This document shows, in pieces, positions 58,712-64,000 of a stretch of DNA of 64,000 bases. Origin of the DNA: Monocercomonoides exilis PA203 (lineage: Eukaryota; Protista; Preaxostyla). Position 1 is the first letter of the stretch; the number at the start of each line of letters is the position of its first letter. The position numbers and the translations under genes are program-made. The notes beneath the pieces are model-generated. The model ran no database searches and had not been told where the DNA came from. It saw nothing but the letters and a program-made list of their open reading frames with translations. The stretch covers positions 620,001 to 684,000 of the forward strand of contig LSRY02000024.1 of NCBI GenBank assembly GCA_001643675.2, in the 5' to 3' direction.

Positions 58712-60543
58712 CTTCTTCTTCTTCTTCTTCTTCTTCTTCTTCTTCATCTTCAATATCTTCACCAGAATCACCTAATCCATTGGCGTTCGGCCAAAGGCTG
58801 CAGAACACAACAGAAACAGATCATAACTCAGCACATCAATTGATGAAAATACCCTTGTACTCATCATCTTTTTCTTCTTTATCATCGACGCCTTCTTCTT
58901 CTTCTTCTAATTCTTCCTCTTCCTCCTCTTCCACATCATCATCATCATCTTCTTCTTCCTCTTCCTCTCCTTCTTCAATGAAATGCTCAAATTCTATTGA
59001 AACTGCAACTTCTTCTTCTTCTTCGCCTCTTTTGCCTTCTGTCTCTTCTTCAAACAATCTTTCTTATGTTCCTTCTGTTCCTTCACGCTCTCCTTCATCA
59101 GCTTCTCCTTCACATTCCACTCAATCACAGACAACTCATTCATTGCCATCTTCTTCTTCTTCTTCCTCTTCTCCTTCTTCTTCCTCTTCCTCTTCTCCTC
59201 CTCCTTCTTCTTCCTCTTCATTGTTTCATTCTTCTTCTTCTTCTTCCTCTTCTTCCTCTTCCTCTTCTCGTCCATATGTACCAACACTGCATTTACCTCA
59301 ACTATCTTCCAATTCATCGTCATCCTCCTCCTCTTCTTATTCTTCTTCTTATTCTTACTCAACTTATTCTTCTCCTTCTCCTTCTGCTCCTTCTTTTTCC
59401 CCTGCTTTTCGCAGTCCCTCTGCTTCAAACAAATTGCTTCATCATTTTTCTTCTTCCTCTTCTTCCTCCTCCTCCTCTTATTCTTCCTCCCCTTCTTCTA
59501 CTTTTTCCACTTTTTCAGCTTTTTCTCCTTCCTCCTCAAAAACTCTATTTAATTTGCCTTCTCCCTCATCATCATCATCATCTTCTTCTTCTTCCCCTTC
59601 TTCTTCCCCTTCCCCTTCTTCTTCTTCTTCTTCTTCTCATATTCTTCCAATCAATTCTCATTCTGCTTCTCTTTCACCAAAAAGCAAGAATCCCTTCACT
59701 CCACCTTCTGTTTCTATGAATTCTCTGTCTTCCCCTCTTCTTTCTCCTTCGGGTTCTGTTTCTTCTATTTCTTCTCATTCTTTTCCTTCTTCTTTGCTTC
59801 TTCATTCACCTCACTCATCTTCTCCTTCTCCTTCACCTTCACCTTCACCTTCACCTTCTCCTTCTCCTTCACCTTCACCTTCTTCTTCTCCTTCTCATTC
59901 TCCTCCGTCTTCTGCTCGTTCTCATATGAACTCTTCATTGTTGAACCATTTGCCTGTTATTGATTCTGTTATTCCTTCTTATTCTTCTTCTTCTTCTTCT
60001 TCTTCTTCTCATTCAAAATCTTCTACTTCTTCTTCCTCCTCCTCCTCCTCTTCTTCTTCTTCATTTCCATTGGTTTCTTCTGCCTCTTCTCGTATTCCTG
60101 TTCTGTTTCGTCCGCTTTCAACTGAGGCAGATTTCCAGATGTCAAAAAATGGAATGAAAAAGGAGGAGAAAGAGAAAGAAAAAGAAGAAGAAGGTTTTGA
60201 AAATGATTGCAAAGAAGAAGAAGAAGAAGAAGAAGATGATGATGATGATATTGAAAAAGAAGAAGAAGGTTATGAAGAAGAAGAAGACGAAGAAAATGAA
60301 GATGAAAATGATGAAGATAATGTTTCTTTCGAAGAAGAAGAAGATGCAAAAGGAAGAAGAAGAAGAAGAAATTTTCACAGAAATCACAAGATGGAAGAAA
60401 GAAGCTTCAATAGCCAAAAGCAAGTGTTTGAGGATGAGAGCAACGAAGAATACGGTTTTTGTGATAACTCTTCGATCTGTGTGCTTATGAACAGCTCTGT
60501 CTTGTCTTCTGATGAAAACAGGTTGAATTTCTTGCCGAATTCT

Positions 60544-60546
<3 letters not shown>
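55810..60546 (+). CDS. Casein kinase 1 family kinase with a very long Ser/Pro-rich and acidic C-terminal tail (1,578 aa)
   Basis: LGSGSFG, IAVKFE, HRDIKPENF, LIDFGLSKRY, and the CK1 signatures [38 protein letters not shown] and LPWQG. Confidence 0.93.
58684..58743. repeat. Pure (TCT)20 trinucleotide repeat encoding poly-Ser within CK1
   Basis: Read directly. Confidence 0.9.

Positions 60547-60578
<32 letters not shown>
60545..60578. repeat. (AG)n microsatellite beginning in the CK1 stop codon
   Basis: Read directly. Confidence 0.95.
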
Positions 60579-60586
<8 letters not shown>

Positions 60587-61220
60587 GAAAGAGAGAGAGA
60601 GGAAAAAGAAAATGATGAATTTTTATTTTCTTCTTCTTTTGTGTGTTAATATGCTTATGTGCTTATAAGATTTAATTTGACAATGATTATGTGAGAAGGA
60701 AAGGAAATGGAAATGTTGCAGATGATATATAACTTGTAATTTTACTGCTTTCCATTCTATTTGAATTACATAAATACTTTTTTTTTTTTTTGATATTTTG
60801 AAACGGTTTAGAGAAGTTTTAATTGTATTTTGAAATGAAGATTTCTTTCAAATTTTTGATGGATTATTTTTGTATTTGCTTTTTTTTTTGAATGTTTTCT
60901 AATAATCTTCAGTTAATTATAATTTTTTCTTTTATTTTCTTAAATTTTCTTTAATTTTCTCATATTTTTTTCTTTTTTTTTTCTTGTTTTTCATTGTTTT
61001 ATAAGCATCTGTGTGTCTGTGTGTCAGTGTCTGTTTATTTTTATTCGATAATTATGAGCATCTTTTGTGAGATAAAAAAAAAGATATTTTTTCTTATTTT
61101 TTGTTCAATTTCATGATTATCTCCTAATTTTCTTTCTATGCTTCTCCTTAGCTTCTTTAAAGAATTTGAAAATATTTTTGACGTCTTGTTATTTATTGTT
61201 TTTTTAATTTTTCCTTAATT

Positions 61221-61263
<43 letters not shown>

Positions 61264-62352
61264 CAGTGAAAATGTTATTGTTTGATTGAGAAGTTCAATC
61301 ATAACTTATTTATTGAATAAAAGGCAATTTTATAAGCTCTAAAATTTTTGATGATTATTTTTTATTTATAATTATTTTGCTGAATTATGTTTTTCTTATT
61401 TCATTTTATTTCATTATAATTCTTTTTATTACAATTATTTTTGAATAAATACAAATTTTTTCTTGCTTTACTGAACGCTCCTGTTTATGTAATGTTTTTG
61501 AGCACATCTAAATACTTAATATAATCTTTTTATTTCTTTCTTTTTTTCAAAGAATTAATATTAATATTATTATTATTATTTTATGCACTCAATTTTTGAA
61601 CAACTTCTAAAACCCCGAATCTCTTCTCGTGTAAGTATTTAGTTGTTTCAGTCCTCTGTCTGCGTTTCAGTTTAAAGTACAATGCCTCTTTTCGAATTTT
61701 AACTTATCTTTTATTCATTTCTTTCTTTTTTTATTTTTTTATATCTTTTTGTTTTTTGTTATTTTTTTCACTAAAAACGATGAATGCGAAAAGTTTAAAT
61801 GAAAGAATTAGAAGAAAGAATTCGCAAATGAAATCCTTTCACACAAGAATTGTTTCATGCCAAGTGGCTTTTATGAAGTGAAAAAAAGATTGCAATGCTC
61901 AATTTCTGAGTAAAGCATCACTTTCAAAAGACAATTGCGTTTCCTAAAAATAATAAAAATGAAAATAAAAACATTCAAAAAGAACAAGAACAAAGTTAAC
62001 ATGACGTGACAGTATTTATTCAAAAGAGGATTATTTAGCTGAGAAATACTCAAGAATTGAGAAAATGAAAATGAAAAAAAATGAAAGTCAGTTAGGAAAT
62101 TAAAAAACTGTATGAAAATTTAAAGAAATCCAAGTGATCTACAAAGAAAGCATGCTAAGTGCAACACATAATCATATAATCACATCTATAAATTTCATTT
62201 TTTTTTTCTCCGTTCAAATAAATAAAACATATTCTCCCTCTTCCTCTTCCTCCTCCTCTCCTTCCTATTTCTTTTCAATCCAAAATCCCCTAATCTCCCT
62301 TCTCTTTCTCTCCACCTTCCCCTATCCCTTTGTCTCTTCCCTTTTTTTTTTA

Positions 62353-64000
62353 TTAGTGTCTTCTTCTGTGTGAAAGAGTCTGCACCATTCCTTCTGATAG
62401 CTGTGTTAGCTGCTGTGTGATCATCGAAGGCGCCTCTTTGAACGAGATTCCATGCACAGACATCTTCAGATGCGGGTGAATGTCACTCAGCGGATCCTCT
62501 TTCTGTGTTGCATCGCCTGATTGCGCAGAAGAGGAAGAAGCAGCTGAAGAAGAAGACGAAGACGAAGAAGACGAAGAAGAAGAAGATGATGAAGACAAAG
62601 CAGAACCTCCTCCCAATCCCGAATTCGCCGACGAGTTCGCCTTCATCTCCTCCGCCAGTGCAAACGAAGGTCCCTTGTACTGCAGATACGACGGGGCTCT
62701 GTACATCAGCGCCGCTGCCCCGCCTCCTCTGAGCGAGGCCGTCACACTGCGATGCCTCCTCCCTGCTGTCTGCGAGCGCATTCCGCCGTCCCCACCAAGC
62801 GAAGACGCAGCCGATGCAGCTGATTTCCCACCCCACAAACTGCCACTGGGCGTCGACGCAAACGCCACAATGTTCTCTCCTTCCCAGCCTGCACCAGCCT
62901 CGTCCAGCTCGTCGATGTCCATCTCTCCATTCAGAATCAGATTCTCCTCTTCTTTCTGCTTCGCTGCTGCTGTCATCCCTGCTGCTGCTCCGCCCAGCAT
63001 CGTCTGGCTGCCTGAAAATAGACCCTGCGCATCTGAGCCATATGCACCTGAAGATGATGCAGACGACGCAGAAGAAGAAGAGGCGCCAATAAGCTCTGCC
63101 TGCTGCTCTTTCCTTTCTCTCAGTCTCTTCTTCCGGTCTTCTTCTTCCATTTGCACCTGACGAGCGATCTCCAGCGGGGACACCAGCTGATAATCTTTGA
63201 AGTTGTCAGCGCTTCTCTTCCCTCTCGAAGACACTGGAGCAAACTGCCCCGAATTCACAGAGTTAGATAGAGAGCCAGCAGAAAAAGCAGAGGAAGAGGA
63301 AGAAGGCGAAGTGGCAGGTGCAGGTGTAGACGCAGCGGAGGGGCTCATTGAGCTGACACTCGACATGCTCCCTGCTGTGCCTGGCCTTGCGCGAGTGGAA
63401 GAAGAGGCAGAAGAAGAAGCATAAGCTCCGCCTGTCTGATGCCTCGCCCCACGCGCCGCAATCACCTGCTGGTGCCTTGCCCGCTCGCCGATCTCCAAAA
63501 ACAGGCCAAACGAGTTCTGTGTCTCTTCGGAGAACATCTTCTTCTTCTTTGTCTGCGACAGCGGCACAACTGTTGTCAAGAAGCCGTCCAGCGGGCGCCT
63601 CGTGTGGCGTGTGGCGGTGTTGTCTTCTTTGCCTTTCTCTTTTCGACTGGCTGTACCACTGCGCGACGCCTGCTGCGTACCAGAAGAAGATGACGCCTTG
63701 TACCCCTCAGAGCGCATTGTGCCGTTGTTGTACCCGCCTTCTTCTTCATGTGATGGCGCTCTTTGCCTCACAGATGGCGGAGAAGCAGCGTCTGTATAGG
63801 ATCCCTCACCACCACTGTCTCTTGATTGCCACTGCGAATTGAATGATCGTTCACGTGGCGTCATGAAGTTCTCATCCCCTGACGAGTCTGCAGTCGAAGC
63901 GCTGCTCCCTTTCCTTTCGTGGCCTCTGCCGTCTCTGTCGTACTCTTCATACTCAATCCCTTCGTTCCGCCAGATTCCCTTTTGCCTTCCCCCCGTGCTC
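62353..64000 (-). CDS. 3' part of an uncharacterised Ser/Ala/Gly-rich protein (runs off the window edge)
   Basis: The 503-aa ORF frame stays open to the window end; GC-rich coding composition; no recognisable domain. Confidence 0.7.
   Translation of the reverse strand, partial: STGGRQKGIWRNEGIEYEEYDRDGRGHERKGSSASTADSSGDENFMTPRERSFNSQWQSRDSGGEGSYTDAASPPSVRQRAPSHEEEGGYNNGTMRSEGYKASSSSGTQQASRSGTASRKEKGKEDNTATRHTRRPLDGFLTTVVPLSQTKKKKMFSEETQNSFGLFLEIGERARHQQVIAARGARHQTGGAYASSSASSSTRARPGTAGSMSSVSSMSPSAASTPAPATSPSSSSSAFSAGSLSNSVNSGQFAPVSSRGKRSADNFKDYQLVSPLEIARQVQMEEEDRKKRLRERKEQQAELIGASSSSASSASSSGAYGSDAQGLFSGSQTMLGGAAAGMTAAAKQKEEENLILNGEMDIDELDEAGAGWEGENIVAFASTPSGSLWGGKSAASAASSLGGDGGMRSQTAGRRHRSVTASLRGGGAAALMYRAPSYLQYKGPSFALAEEMKANSSANSGLGGGSALSSSSSSSSSSSSSSSSSAASSSSAQSGDATQKEDPLSDIHPHLKMSVHGISFKEAPSMITQQLTQLSEGMVQTLSHRRRH

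Noticed and set aside
1-64000. CRISPR arrays, rRNA/tRNA genes, reverse transcriptase or DGR, telomeric repeats
   Set aside because: None seen by eye: no regularly spaced repeat-spacer array, no RT motifs and no TTAGGG arrays. tRNAscan/Infernal were not run.

Overview
Eukaryotic, AT-rich protist DNA with GT-AG introns, the standard genetic code and Ser-rich low-complexity insertions. The gene families and composition most resemble the oxymonad Monocercomonoides; this is recognition from memory, not a database result. Host genes: a 5'-truncated HEAT-like gene, two intronless ~2,980-aa paralogous surface receptors (signal peptide, GG-rich beta-helix/Pmp-like repeats, one TM helix, kinase C-lobe-only pseudokinase), a decayed relative of that class, a kelch/Cys-rich multi-TM protein, a TRIM37-like RING-B-box-CC-MATH ligase, a casein kinase 1 with a ~1,270-aa Ser-rich tail, and a partial gene at the right edge. 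The intergenic DNA is dense with DNA transposons: a Merlin/IS1595-type element fused to an inverted partial copy of itself, a pogo DD35D element, two MITE families and a 465-bp-arm palindrome. Most notable are two elements with 17-18 bp TIRs and 8-bp TSDs (hAT-like) that lack a recognisable transposase and carry decayed host-type genes (Pack-type elements). The two receptor loci form a segmental duplication in which each copy supplies the empty site for the other's insertion. The duplication's left breakpoint lies inside a MITE, and the coding sequences look like gene-conversion mosaics.
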